Part shown: piece after piece, positions 1 to 13,044 of the stretch
Layout: each line of letters opens with the position of its first letter
How positions within the stretch are numbered: position 1 is the first letter of the stretch
Assembly: GCA_973895155.1 (NCBI GenBank)
Contig: OZ316898.1
Coordinates: 10,622,286 to 10,686,285 of the forward strand
Length of the DNA: 64,000 nucleotides
Reading direction: 5' to 3'
Source of the DNA: Marsupella aquatica
Taxonomy: Eukaryota; Plantae; Marchantiophyta
Notes under the pieces: model-generated
What the model was told of the DNA's origin: nothing
Database searches by the model: none
Seen by the model: only the letters and a program-made list of their open reading frames with translations
Program-made: the position numbers and the translations under genes

Positions 1-1768
1 GCCTGCCTGACCAGGAGGATGAGACATAAAGTTTCAAGTTGTATGAATGTCATATGTCAATTTTAGGGCTGGAAAAACAAAATCTGCCCACATGCAAGTT
101 GGCTCTAAGAGCTCTCTTGCATGTGGCTGGCCCTCAAAACATTGGCCCTTCAAACTCCCCTTCTGGAATAAAGTCTGGAGCGCAGGACCACAGGACCGTC
201 TTGTGTTTGTTTTGTAAAGGTCGGGACTGAAAGGGACAAACACTTGCAGACTTTGGCCTTGGTTTTCCATCTAAGGAGCTGTTGAACATATTCCATAGAG
301 TGAAGTCATAGGGTTCAAAGACCATAATTTATCTCGTAACATTAAAAAAATTAAAATTAGACTATGTTCGTGTTGTGAGTAGAGCAAACCTTTCCTGTGC
401 ACGTACTGGCTACTATTATTAAGAATTATTCATCCCAGTTGGCTGCTTTCCATATGCAGTCCATGGGAGTATAAAATTGTTTGCTCCCCCTTCCCCCTTC
501 ATTAAACAAAAAATTAGAATGGAAGGAGGGTAAAAAATTTAGTTTCCTGCCATCAATCTGGATTAGCTGGGCCAGAGTCCAGAGCTGGAATAGGGGGGTT
601 AGTTGAGATTGTTGATGAATCAGATGTTTTGAGGAGTTAGGCGTACGAAAATTTTAACATGGCACTGTTTATAACGCCTAATAAACTAATAAAATGGTGG
701 ACCAAAAGACTGAGTGATCAATGTGTCGGTGACGTGGATGCTGCCCAATTGTTGTCAAATGAGTGCGTTTTTATAGTTGATTGAAAAGCTGAAGTTCCTT
801 TCAGTATAACGCATACTTTTTGGTTGTGGTCCCCAGGGCTTCTAAATCGTTGCCTTGAGACTCGACACTTTGTGGCCTAACTCAAAAGAGAGAAGGTGCA
901 CATCTTCCCCCCCGCCCCCCCCCCCTCCCTTTGTGAAGTCAGAAAGCCATTTTATCGGAAACAGACAGATAGTTGTACAACTCTTTTGCTCAGCCTCCAA
1001 TCAAAGTCTATCCCGGAAAACTCTGGAGGAATTTTCTTTTCCCATCAATGGTGCAGATGTTTGGTGTTGGAAGCTCAATGGACTCGTGGTTTCATGTAAG
1101 TTGCATGCAAGATTGAAAAAGGAAGCATGGATGTTTAGTATTGCATCCACGAGTGGTATTTAGACGTGCACACTCTCCCATCCTTGGTATTCCTCAAAAG
1201 TGCGAGGCCCCCATACATACCATGTGGTAAAAGCAAGGTCAAGAGAAGGTGGGGCTAAGGCTTGTTGATCAAGGGAACTTTAAACCCCTCCCTCTAAAGG
1301 TTGAACAATGCTATCTGGTCGAAATTGCTCTGTTTATTTATCTCCAAATCACACAACCTCATCCTTATAAGTCTTGTGTGGGACCGTGCAATGCGCTTCC
1401 CTTGCAAAATATCTGAAAACACTTGTGTTGGATGTAATTTGGTATACCTGGATTGGTCTATTCTGGTCTCCATTCTTGTAATTAAAGGGTACCCAAATGT
1501 TATCTTCTAATGGAGTATATGCTAAAGAAGGTCGAATGCTGTTCCATCTTCTGGTCAGGAATTGTGTTCTTTTGTGTTTCAGATAATCTGTTTATATTTT
1601 AATGCAGGATAGTAGTGTGGCCTTCCCAGTTTCCTGAATGGATTTGGTCACGTTCAAGGCAGGAAAACTTTAGCAAAAAAATCATGTATGCTCTTGGAGG
1701 TCACCTTACCTTACAAAAGTATACTACTGGGGGATGCCAAACTGAACTTGGAGTAAGGTTCCATTCTA

Positions 1769-1927
1769 CATGAATTTGGACTCTTGCAACTTACATTAGA
1801 ATGACAAGATAATGTCTTCCATTCCTCATGAACTTTGATTTTTGCAAACATTAGAATGACAAGATAATCTCTTTCACTCTTCATGAATTTGGATTTTTGC
1901 AACATTAGAATGACAACATAATGTCTT
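1769..1927. repeat. Tandem repeat, 3 x ~56 bp
   Basis: catgaa.tt.ga...ttgcaa...acattagaatgacaa.ataat units start at 1769, 1827 and 1882. Confidence 0.85.
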
Positions 1928-2984
1928 CAATGGTGGGGGAAGTGCCATGACATAGACTTTCTATCTCTCTTCATAGTGAAAGGGCTCACCCTATGGCAGA
2001 CTGTTCTCAATGAAAAGCGAGGCCCCCCACGCTCATACTTCCTTTGGCAGCTGATTGTTCCTTGGCTAGAACTTGGGAGGAAGCACAACACAAATCCTCT
2101 CCAGACTAGTCTGCTCCTCCAAACTTCGGCTGCGTTGGCACAGACTGTCCAGAGTACGCCTATTGAGAATAGTTCAAGAGACGAATCTGTTTGGTTGCTG
2201 TGCATTTCCGAGTTGGTCATTGAGAAAATTGGCAAGAAGCACATTGGCCCCATGTAGAACATAGCCCATTGTGGATACTCCTGTTCTCTAGTGCATCACT
2301 GGACACATGCCAGCTATCCTCTCCCGAGGAATCCGTCCTTCGCAGTCTTCTCATTTAGAAAGAAGTATGTCCAGGAATTACACAGTATGCCCATAAAAAC
2401 GCAGTGGGCAATCGATGAATGCCTCATCCACTCAGTTTCGGGGACCGTGAAGAGTTCGTCGTAGGCTTCGTTGATGCAATAGACGGCATGTGTACCTCCA
2501 GGGCTCTGTCTATTAATGACATGTTTGTTACAGAGAAATCTAGTGCTCCATTAATGAAGATTGGGCGAAGCACGACGTGTCTACAAAAGTTGGAACTGAG
2601 CTTCTCGAGATTTAGGAGGCAGGTCGTACATGTCACAGAAGGTAAGAGACATTGGTAGATTCAGAAGAATTCAGCACCTGTGCAGTGTACTGCCTTACCC
2701 CTGTTTGCATCCTGACCGCCCATCTCAGAGGGTCTTTCTTGATTGTGCAATTAATTAAATCACCACTCAACAGAATCAGAATCGTCAACTTCTTCCAGAG
2801 GAATGCTTGACGATATTTGCCAAATACAATTCAATGGATGCATAGCCTCCAGGGCACAGACAAAAATGAAAAATGGATGGACCCAATTTCGAGGGTTTGG
2901 CCACAGCGAGAGCATCGAACTTAAAGTATTCAAGGGGAAGGTGCATCACCGTAAGGAAATTTTCCTCCAGAAGTATCAAACTTG

Positions 2985-5879
2985 TCAAAAATTGACGCCT
3001 TTTTTGGCCCTTCGTTCAGCTTCCCTTTCAATCAATTTGAGATTAAATTCACCAGATATTATGTCCTTAATATCTGTGCCTGAAGTCAAGCTCGCCTCAT
3101 ATGCATCAATGATCGAATCAGGATAAATCATAACCCCAACAGCGCCCAATGCACGCACAACATTGGCAAGTCTACATATTCTCTGCCTTATTTCTAAAGA
3201 CACTTCAAAGCTCTGGTTCTCTAATTTTTCTGCATCTAAGTCCGCAACTCTTATCTGTTCACTGGCAGCAGCATCAGGATTGGACGGAGGAAGACCAGAT
3301 ACCCAGACGTATCCATTACAGCCTATAATCATTTGTACCCCATATTGCTTTAGCTGGTGAAAATGTTGCTTTAACCTCTTGATCAGATACGGGGCAACTT
3401 TCACCAGCTGTCCATTCTCCAACTGCGGCGCAATGAGATACAAACAGAGACGAAAGCTGAGGAACTAATGACGAGCTTCAGTGATGTGTTATCGCCCACA
3501 ATAACAATAACAATGGCAACGACAAAGAACTAACAGAGGGGAAAAATGTGAAATCGTTCCTGCGATTATCACTTTGACTCTACGAATAAGCAAGATTTAA
3601 TTTTAAAAAATAAATCGGCCCAATGATTTGGTCTTTCATCACCTAGAAAAATATAAAAGAGCAACATAAATGACGGACACCAGGACAGACGGGTTGTTTG
3701 CAGCAATGGCTTCATATCCATGTAAGAAGAAAATCCTTTTCGCTTCCCTATACTAGTCGAACACCACATCTAAGGCAAGGTCAAGCGTGTGGGGTACTTC
3801 CGGATTTACCTTGCCATACTTCAGGCTTCGGGTATGTAGATGAAGAGAACCGTCATGATGAAGCGTCTGCACTTCGGCCTAAAAGAGCCACAGAAAGGGC
3901 AACATCGGCAACTATTCAGGGCCCCCACGAATCAAAACTTCTCAAAGACACTCAAAACAAAGCGACAGGTGAATCAATGACAAAGAACCGTAATATTTCA
4001 AACCACCGGTGTCGAAGGATAATGCAGGATTTCACAAAATATAAACGACGAGCATCTGAGATAACTATTGACCACATACGAAAGGTAATCTCAAATTCAA
4101 ACAAGTGCCAGAAACCGGATATCATTGCGGGAGAAATAGCTCCGCTGAGGATAAAATCCATGAAAACAATGAGAAATTTAAAGGCTCACCCTTGAAGGGA
4201 CAGATTACATTGAGGGTCAAAAGAGGTATGAGAACTTACGCTGCTAATAACTCCGAAGACTATACAAAATAGGACAGTCAACAACGAAAATTACAGAATT
4301 GTACCGACGTAAATATTCATTGAGAATCCTAGTACGAACTTCTCATCAAAGGCATCTAGGCTCCACCCTTCACTCGTCATATCTCTAGCAGTATAAACAG
4401 ACTCGTTAACGCTGAGGTCATCATGCGGGTCATATAACAAAGATATTAGAAGTAAGGCACCACAAACTCGTGTGAATGTCCAGGAAAAACTCACACTAAT
4501 CAGATCATGTTCTGTGAAAAGATCCCGCATGTTCAACTCATCGACCGAAGTCCGCCGCCTCTGCCAAGTGCCGACCAAAGTTCAGGACCAAAAAATGAAA
4601 GTCCTCTTGAAGTACCATGGTTGAAATATGATGAGCTCGACAAACTAGAAAGTAAAGAGACCAACCTGGATGCCACCTGGAAGATTGACAGAGGAAAGCA
4701 TCAATTGTGCATCTTGTCTCGAGTTCACATCCAACTTCCACCTCTTGGGTGCAACCTACAAGTAAAGACAAAGCGCAAAGCGCAATTTAGTCATTGGACT
4801 GCCTTATAGGTCATGCAAATTACTCGTGAGGCTAAGGTTTCAGATGATGCTGTAAACCCATTTTAATGTTCTACGCTGTCTGTGAACCCTGCATTCGCGA
4901 TCAAAAGCATACCTCTGTCACACGACCTACGACCACGTCTCCAGTTTCAGGAGTGTACCTACACAAGGTACGCGTACATCAACCCATCAACGACAAGAAG
5001 TGAAGCAAACATCATTCGCTCATCACGAGAGAGAACAAAAGAAGTCTATCATCCCATTCACAGAGGAGGACATGATGACTAAAAGGTGAGTCGCCACAGG
5101 AGCACTCCTCAATCTGTCAACACTCAAGTTTCAGGTGAATTTGCAGGAAGTAAATATGAAAAATGCCTGCGGCGAGATTCTTAGATTCTTAAACAGAAAG
5201 GAAAAGTTAGACCCAGCGGAGTCCAGTTCAGAGCGCCAATGATTACTTGCTGGGAGAAATCCCAGAAAAGCACGGCGACTTAGGCATACTGCCACCACCA
5301 CGGACTTAGGGTTTAATAAAACACTACACATTATGAGCATTCCATCTGTCAGGACTTAATATTCCAGGTAAACTTCAGGGGGAATAAAGTTGAGAATTGT
5401 GATCGACCTTTGTACCTCTAAAAGGATATATATACTTCGGAACCCATTAATTGATTCCATGGTAAATCTGCGATTAGGGCTCAAAGTTTAAGCAAGGGTA
5501 TAAGGTTTAAGCGAACCTGGCTCGAAGAGGGCGCACAGACACGAGCTTGTTGACCCGTTCGATCACCCCACAGACAGTTGCAACGAGCTTCCCGTCTACT
5601 AGCTGAGTCCCATGACCCCTGCACGCATCATTACCAAAATTCAAAAAACTCCTCGATGACGGCACCTTCAGCTCCCGCTCGCGAATGCAAGAAACACTCG
5701 AGAGTTTAAAGAAATCTGATTGACCTCAAAAAGCCGCTCTCGTAGTCCACAGGAATCGTGTCGCCTACATTCACCAACGCCGACGAGGGAACACTTCCCG
5801 CCAGGTCTGCAAACCGCTGCTGCGCGTCTGAGAGGCGTCGCCTCTGCGAATCGGACAGTTGGAAGCGCACTCCACGCAT
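2985..5879 (-). CDS. RRP4: Exosome complex RNA-binding subunit RRP4 (EXOSC2), ~321 aa. Exons: 5879-5725, 5618-5517, 4958-4913, 4755-4666, 4560-4495, 3878-3810, 3422-2985
   Basis: All six introns are GT-AG and the joined CDS (966 nt) stays in frame. The translation has RRP4 motifs: GFLRGHGT..LVATVCGVIERVNKLVSVRPLRARY, GDVVVGRVTEVAPKRWKLD, RRRTSVDELNMR, HDGSLHLHTRSLKYGKL and IIGCNGYVWV. An alternative in-frame ATG lies at 5891. Confidence 0.96.
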
Positions 5880-6245
5880 TGCATCCCCCATCACCTCTTA
5901 TTTCCTCCTTCTTCGTCTTCTTCTTCTTCGTTTCTTCTTGTCGGCCACCTGAGGGGCAATGCCCTGCGCCGCCTCTGAAGCTGCCGAAGCTCAATTTCCT
6001 ATGTTGCGATGTCGGTAAAGTTTGGGCCTCCTCCATGCATTGCGACGCTTGGAGGTCCGGCCTCTTGCTGATCGATCTTGTACCATTCGGTGGTCACCCT
6101 TCGCAGCTCTGATCCAGGTTTTCGCTGCGCACGAAGGGCTAGGGGAATTTTGGACATTTCACAGTTCAGGAAAGACCCTGGTCGCGATTTGGTGAACCCT
6201 TGTGTTACAATTACAGGAACACATGTTGAGAGAGCCTTTGGTGTA

Positions 6246-8510
6246 CTTCAGTAGCGATTTGCAATTTTGAGAAACCATTGGGGATGTATTATCAACACAA
6301 AATCATAGATGTCTTGTTGGCCTATTTTAAAACTAGCTGCTACTACCCCTTATTTGAACCTGAATATAGAGTACAATAAAAATGTTACTAAAATGTATGC
6401 TACTACCCCTTATTTGAACCTGAATAGTGGGGCGGTACAATAAAAATGTCACTAAAATGTATTCTTCATATTTTTTGAAGGTTAATAAAATGAAAATAAA
6501 TAAATCATAGGTGTCATCATTTTAATAATCATATATAACATACCATACTACACTTTGTCCTATACACATCCCTCTTTCTATGCACATGTGTTATGGTGAG
6601 ACCATAGAGTTCATTACGGACCCCACTAGAGGTCCCTTCCAAAATTCCTTACTCCATAGCACGCCACGTCATCATGGCGCGCTGCAAATAGGAACGGATT
6701 GGTTTCTACAATGAAATTATGCCAACATTCGTGTTTGCAACAAGATTTTGGTAAAATTGAGGACGCCATGCTGTAAACATTGATGTCAAAAGTTATCAAA
6801 AATAACTGTTTTATTTACCCTAAGTAGACTTTCAACTCAGTTTTATTTACCCCGCTTAATCAACTGCCCACCCTTTTTTTGAATTGTAGTTCAATTGTAA
6901 TTAAAGTAATGAAGCAACACTTTAATTACAATGGCAGTTAAGAATCCTGTTTCTGTAGCGCCAGAAGGTCATTTCTGTCTAGCACTCCTTCTCTAGCAAT
7001 TTGTCTTCCGGCATTGTCGTTTCCTCGTGTCGTGCTTGTGGACAGAAGAATTATATGACGAACAGATTCAGCTTGTGAAGTAGGTAATTACTGAGCAGGA
7101 AATACCAAACATTGCTCCACAACTTGATGCAGCTTAGTGAGCATTGCCCTACTTTTCTTGGAGTGGAGATCCGAATCGGTAACAAATGAAAGAACATAAC
7201 AATTTCATAAGGACGAAACGAGCACACTGATTGCACCATCGCTCTTGTGGGTTCTTACAGATCCAATCTATTACACAAGCTCGTATTTCAGGAGTTCATA
7301 AAGGAGGCAGCTTGAAATCAAAGACCAGTCTACATGTAGGACTTCAAATTGTACCTCCATATCTGGTTTTTGAAAGGGAAGAGCTCGGCTTGATTTGGCA
7401 GTAAGAAATACTATCTAGCAATTGATAGACCAAGGCTCTACAAGTTTCTACGAGCACAGTCGATGCCTTTTCATGATCAAATTGAAAATATTAGAAGTGA
7501 AGCTGATTTGAGAGATCACTTGATAAGGACGCGGATCATTATTGGAGCGAACAGAAGCAACGACTCTGTCAAACGTATCGACCCTCAAGAGGCGCGTTTG
7601 CAAGAGGCTGTGGTAGAAAGGATTGTGTTTAAAGAGACGTTCAGATATGGATACGGGATTTTGATGAAATCAACCGGGAGTTCCAGGGTGAGAGGTCAAT
7701 GTGGTTATTGTGAGGAAGAAGGAACGGAAACTAAGAGATGAGGAACTCGGGGCGGAGGAGTAGGTTTGGCTGCTGAAAGGCCAAAAAGATTGAAAGGTTC
7801 AGGTGACGATTAGAGCTGTTTGGGAGACCGTATCGGGAATGCATTTGTTGAAATTCAGGAGAGAAACGGTCGAATGTGACTTATGTGATGAGAAGAATTG
7901 GATTGAAAACTGATAGATAATGTGAATGGGTAGTAAGGGATCGGGAAGTGTAATGGAAAAGATAAGGGTCCACGAACTAATTTGATAATATAATAGAAAT
8001 CATGACAAAAAGCATGTATGATTACATACATCATAGTCATTAGTTTTTCTATCCACATGATGAGTCATGGAGTTACATTGTAGAGGCTTCACTTTCGAAG
8101 CCTAGGCCCCAACTCTAGCTTGTAGTTGACACTTTATAAGTAAGCTTTAGTAAATTGAACTTTACAATTCTTCGCCGTGGTGGCCATCTTATTAAATTGT
8201 CAGGTTCAATTTATTAAAATGGCCACCGCGGCAAAGACCAGCCAGGACACACCACAACCGACGCCGTAACGCCACCCCACAATAGTCCTCAAAGCCACCT
8301 TCAGACAGAAGGGCTAAGAGGTAGCTAAAACCAAAAACGAATCCACACAAAGTAAGGCAAAGCACCTCCCAAATGAATGGTAGGATGTTTTGTTGGCCAG
8401 TATCATATTGCAAAACATGATTTGGTGTCCTTCAGTAGCGGTTTGCAATTTTGAGAAATCCAGCAGGGATGCATTATCAACACAAAATCAAAGATGTCTT
8501 GTTGGCCTAT
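6246..8510. repeat. Dispersed ~80-bp direct repeat (6246-6325 and ~8430-8510)
   Basis: cttcagtagcg.tttgcaattttgagaaa...attatcaacacaaaatca.agatgtcttgttggcctat occurs at both positions. Confidence 0.8.
6338..6461. repeat. Tandem duplication, 2 x ~60 bp
   Basis: tgctactaccccttatttgaacctgaata...gtacaataaaaatgt.actaaaatgta occurs twice. Confidence 0.85.
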
Positions 8511-8553
8511 ATCATATTGCAAAACATGATACAGGCCAACAAGACATCTTTGA
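8488..8553. repeat. Short hairpin with perfect 21-bp arms
   Basis: tcaaagatgtcttgttggcct ... aggccaacaagacatctttga, with further inner pairing atatcat/atgatac. Confidence 0.85.
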
Positions 8554-10452
8554 GACATTGCCAGATGATTGAAATTTCAATGAGTGGCCAAGATGTCAAG
8601 GTGGCCAAAAACTGCCTTTTCAGGACTGGAGGGAATACTTGAATGCAACCCAGGTAATTTGAAGACACTGAGAGCCATTTCATGTTGAGGAACCATCTTG
8701 TGGCACATTTGTTTGGATTTAAAAGGAAAGGGACATACATTTGAATAAGTAGGCAATCAGGACTGACAAGACAATAGCAAGCAACAGTAAGAAGTAGCCA
8801 GCAAGAAGCTAATGCATTGCACAACGCCCTCCAACTTACTACTGGAACTGAGAATAAAATTAAACCCACTTGAAAAATGATTCAAGTCTTTGATTGCCAA
8901 AGGTTTCAAAATGTGAGCATGGTCTCCTCAATTAAGATTAGTCCCTATCACTTGTATCCTGATTTAGCGGATTTTATCCGGATTTAGTGAAAAGATAGCA
9001 GATTTTTGGGCCATTTGGCTTGTTTGTCGCCCTTTGATTGGGTCTTGCACCTTTGGGATTGTGTCTCATGGTTGGGAGCTTTTTGTCTTTTGGCAGTTAG
9101 AATACATATATTTATATGACCCATAATCTTCAATGAAAATGCAAAGAAATATTCATAAGGAGGATTTACAAGCCGTAACTCAGGGGCGCAGAGGCCCTTG
9201 AGTTGTGCCCTTGAGTTCATCGTCGAGAGGGAAACAGCCCCTAAAAATACGAGAAACACAAGTTTCGAACTTCTTTGATCGATCTCTGTGTTCTCAAAGC
9301 TATGGCTTGAACTCCGTGCCCGCAGAAGCCAGTAAACGGTCTTCCATGAATAAGCTTTTTGCACAGGACTTTGTACTATTCTGCTTACTTTTACATTTGT
9401 ATAATGAGTTCCATGTTAATGCTCTCAATGTACTCTACAAAAAGCACCAAGTCCCTCCTGAATGGCCTTAGGAGTGGAATTTTCTTGCACGAGTGAGGTT
9501 TCCATTCAGGACTTCCAAGTTTTCGTTCATGATTGTTAAGTTCTTTCTTGCACAACATCCGTGCTCACATTGCAACTTCAGTCGCGTAATAGGTCAATCC
9601 ATTGTTTCTTCACCATGAGCTATATCATCTTAGTGAGCAGACAAGCATGTTTTAATTTCGTCAAACTTTGTGCTTTTTGTATATTCCGTCCCCAGGGTAG
9701 TGTCACTACGAGTCTCCAACCTACTCAAGGGCACAAGCCTGCAACCCGGACTATTGCCGTCTAGTGGAGCAGCATCATAATAAGCTCATCGTAGGGGTGT
9801 AGTTGGCACTTAGCAGCCCACCACATTCTGAAGATCCGGACTGTTTCAGCTGTAACTGATGTTTTCGAGAAAACGAGTCAACAAAGGCACTGTGTGGAAC
9901 TTTAGTACGACGGCAAAGGGGACCACTCAAAGACGAGATCCATATAACGCAAACACAACACTAAGGAAAGTAACCTCAACAGTAGTCTGTGATCTCTGAC
10001 ACTGGCAGTGATATGGTCTGCCATCAATCCTCGTTGTGCTCTACCTGTTCTCATCAATCCGCCCTGCTACCCATCCTTGCCAATCATCAACCTCAACTCT
10101 GCAGTGGATCAAATTGCTGCATGCATGTCCGTTTCGTGAGATGTCCAGCTCGAAGGCGTCAGCTTACTATGTGTTACATGGACAACTCCCAACCCCTCTC
10201 CACTCCGTTGCCTGCAGCGACTGAAAGTTTCCATCTAGCAATCAGAAATTCCCTCACAGTGTTTCTAGTCAACGAAAGTTACTGTCATCAGTCGAAACTC
10301 TCCTATTGTAACTGCAGCAAAGTAAAACCCCCCAAAACAGAGCACATTGGAAATAGTGCTTAGCTACCCATCGATTACTGATGTCTCTGTGGTGAGAAGG
10401 CTAATAGTCTTCGATATCTCCAGGTTCTGTATTTTTCTTCGGACAAGTAAAC

Positions 10453-13044
10453 TTATTTTGTGATCTCCATCCCCCACCTTTCTGTTTGTGGCAACATTTT
10501 CTCTAATTTGGTACATTCTATATCCCCTTCTCGCTGTATCAAACCCTCGACCACTTGGCTTGCAGGCTGCAACATCACGCTATGTAAATAACCATCTGGC
10601 AATACCTTTGTTGCTCCGTTGGACTCCACAGCAGTGGACAAGATCCAACCCACTAACCACGATAGTTGTGTCTCATTCTCCAAGTACCCTTCAGTAAAGA
10701 GCTTGACAAACCTGTCGTGAAGGATGTCGTTAATCTCACGAAGCAGCTGAATACAGCGCATGTGCAGACTGACGTAATCGAATCGGATCATGTGCTGCTC
10801 AGCAACCAGGGCTGTCCTTAGCGCAAAGAGGAATTGCAGCGGTCCTAACTTATGTGTCTGAGCATACACCTGTTGCAGCTTTGTCTGGGGCCTATACAGT
10901 TGCAAAGAGGAAGGATCCACTCCATAATCCCCCAGGAGATCTTCCATCGTCTCCCCTGTCAACACCACTCCCCCACGCACAACGTCCTCACGGAACATTG
11001 CCGAAACTGGAGATTTCTCCTTCAAAAACGACGGCCCATTTGGTGACAGCCTCGGTTTTTCTCTCACGTACTTCTTCTTGGTGGCACGGAAGTTAGAAGC
11101 AAAATAAGAGGTTGATACCCCGGCCATCAAACAAAGGCTCTTGAACGACTCCGTCACAGTCTGAGGAATGCGGCCTCTAAACATCCGCTCTTTATCATGC
11201 ACTTTCATGACCCACTCCATATCTTTCCACGAGTCCTGCCCCAAAAACCCTGCATGTTTACAAGCCTCATACAGATGACTCACAAAGAGAATTGTCCCCC
11301 AGGCAGTGGCTAGCGTCAATCCCAAATCCTGAAAAATGAGCTGCAGGCGGAATTGCAACATGCCACAAAAGAGGGGATGGCGCGTGAGGAGGTAATAGGC
11401 TTCGGCCTTAACATGAGGCAACAAACGATTCACCACCGGCCGCTTGATATTACCAAGATAGTCTTTCAGTACCCACTCGTTGATGAAGCTGTTGAGCATC
11501 TCCACAACTCTTTCATTGGAGGCAGGCCAATTCATAAAGGGTACTTTGGGATTATGTCGAGCACGATATTTTAAGCTTGTGCCCATCAGAACTCCGGCGG
11601 AGCGAAGGTCTTCAAATCCCCGGGACACCTGTTCTCGCAGGACATGGTGGATGTCCAAATAGACTTGGACAGCAAATACGAGAAGGAGCGAGATTTCCCT
11701 GTCACACACCATTTTCTGCAGCTCCTTGGAGAGTTCATCCTGTACAGGACGATTGGCTCCGAGTCGCGCAAGCGAGACGAAGTCGGGTAACATCTCAGCC
11801 AGGATGATCCGATCTTCCAGTTCTTTTTGCGCAGTTGACAATGAGTCCCTAGACTGGCGGGGGTTGTAAATGCCAAAATGGCCAGGCTGGTACACCGGAA
11901 GGATATTCGGCTGCACCACTTGAAGCAGTGACATAAGGAACGAGTAAATTTGAATGTAAATAAAGTCCCCAACCTGCTTACGCTTCGGTATGCGGAGAAA
12001 ATCTTCATCAAAATCCACCTCAATCGAGATCTCCCCCGTGGAATGGTCAACTGTCCGGTGCATGCTTCCTGCAACGCACAGGACTATGGCAATTTTCTTG
12101 TAATTGTCGAATTCGGGGCTAAGGGCTAAGAGGTCGTCCTGCTTGCTGCGAATGATGTGGAATGCCATGTTTGTTGTGACCGACGCCGTGATGAGATCGA
12201 TTTTCCTGTCTCTGTAGTCTGACCATGTGTCACGCAGGGAGTCCCGAATTAAATGCAAGTCTGAGAAGAAACAGAACAGAGCCAGCAAGTCATCCTCGTA
12301 GGATGATTCTTCTTCCATAACGTAGTAGACCTCCACTTGACCACCTCTCGATGTGGTGCCGGTGGTCGAGATAGCGCTCGAGGGAGTGGGGACTTCTTCT
12401 GGTGGTGGTAATGCCTGGGAATGATCCTGATCCTTTGCTTCTTCTACATCCAGAAGGGAGAAGGGGTTAGCAAGGGCTTCTCCTTGGGGAACAAGGCTGG
12501 GGGTTTGAGCTGTGCTCGCAGACTTGGTAGTGGTTGCATCTCGCACACAGAAGGGGTCCAGAATCTGAACTACTTCCTCCAACACGGTGATGAAGTGCTG
12601 ATGCGATTTGCCACGGATGCCTTCTTCATCCTCAGTTGGTTGTTGATTGAACCACGCTGCGCAGCGCTTTCGAATGGCGATGGCCCTCCGGGCAAAGTTC
12701 AACACGAAGCCGGGCACCTTGATGCGGTTGGTGCTGCTGGCAATAAATTGGGCAATCTTGGTGAAGTCTTTGACGAAGACTGGTCTACGCGTCACTGAAG
12801 AAGCCGCTGGTGCTTTAGTGGCAGCCCCTTTCGTAGCTTGCTGCTTCCTTGCTTTCCCTTTAGCCCTCCCGTTCCTTGGAGGAGGTTTCGTTCGTGTTGA
12901 GTCGGCTTCAGCGGTGGGGAGTGGCTGAAAATCCAACTCATATCCCAATCCTTTGGCCGTGCCAACCAGCCATGATGTGAACTGATTCGTATCCGCCTTG
13001 TACTGCTTGTGGCTATCGTAAATAAACTCTGGGAGTTTCGGCAT
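10453..13044 (-). CDS. Intronless DUF6604-family protein (fungal-type), 863 aa from the ATG at 13044
   Basis: Uninterrupted 2.6-kb ORF. The N-terminus has the DUF6604 pattern: YDSHKQYKADTNQFTSWL, the basic GRAKGKARKQ linker, RRAIAIRKRCAAWF, HQHFITVLEEV, NPFSLLDVEE and FCFFSDLHLIRDSLRDTWSDY. Family-typical C-terminal blocks follow (HPLFCG, WGTILFVSHLYEA, WKDME). The ORF-track start at 13161 is a TTG, so the first ATG is used. Confidence 0.85.
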   Translation of the reverse strand: MPKLPEFIYDSHKQYKADTNQFTSWLVGTAKGLGYELDFQPLPTAEADSTRTKPPPRNGRAKGKARKQQATKGAATKAPAASSVTRRPVFVKDFTKIAQFIASSTNRIKVPGFVLNFARRAIAIRKRCAAWFNQQPTEDEEGIRGKSHQHFITVLEEVVQILDPFCVRDATTTKSASTAQTPSLVPQGEALANPFSLLDVEEAKDQDHSQALPPPEEVPTPSSAISTTGTTSRGGQVEVYYVMEEESSYEDDLLALFCFFSDLHLIRDSLRDTWSDYRDRKIDLITASVTTNMAFHIIRSKQDDLLALSPEFDNYKKIAIVLCVAGSMHRTVDHSTGEISIEVDFDEDFLRIPKRKQVGDFIYIQIYSFLMSLLQVVQPNILPVYQPGHFGIYNPRQSRDSLSTAQKELEDRIILAEMLPDFVSLARLGANRPVQDELSKELQKMVCDREISLLLVFAVQVYLDIHHVLREQVSRGFEDLRSAGVLMGTSLKYRARHNPKVPFMNWPASNERVVEMLNSFINEWVLKDYLGNIKRPVVNRLLPHVKAEAYYLLTRHPLFCGMLQFRLQLIFQDLGLTLATAWGTILFVSHLYEACKHAGFLGQDSWKDMEWVMKVHDKERMFRGRIPQTVTESFKSLCLMAGVSTSYFASNFRATKKKYVREKPRLSPNGPSFLKEKSPVSAMFREDVVRGGVVLTGETMEDLLGDYGVDPSSLQLYRPQTKLQQVYAQTHKLGPLQFLFALRTALVAEQHMIRFDYVSLHMRCIQLLREINDILHDRFVKLFTEGYLENETQLSWLVGWILSTAVESNGATKVLPDGYLHSVMLQPASQVVEGLIQREGDIECTKLEKMLPQTERWGMEITK

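Noticed and set aside
850-1770. Possible LINE remnant on the minus strand (GGLAL, KFSLAS fragments)
   Set aside because: The motifs are too short and decayed to support a call.
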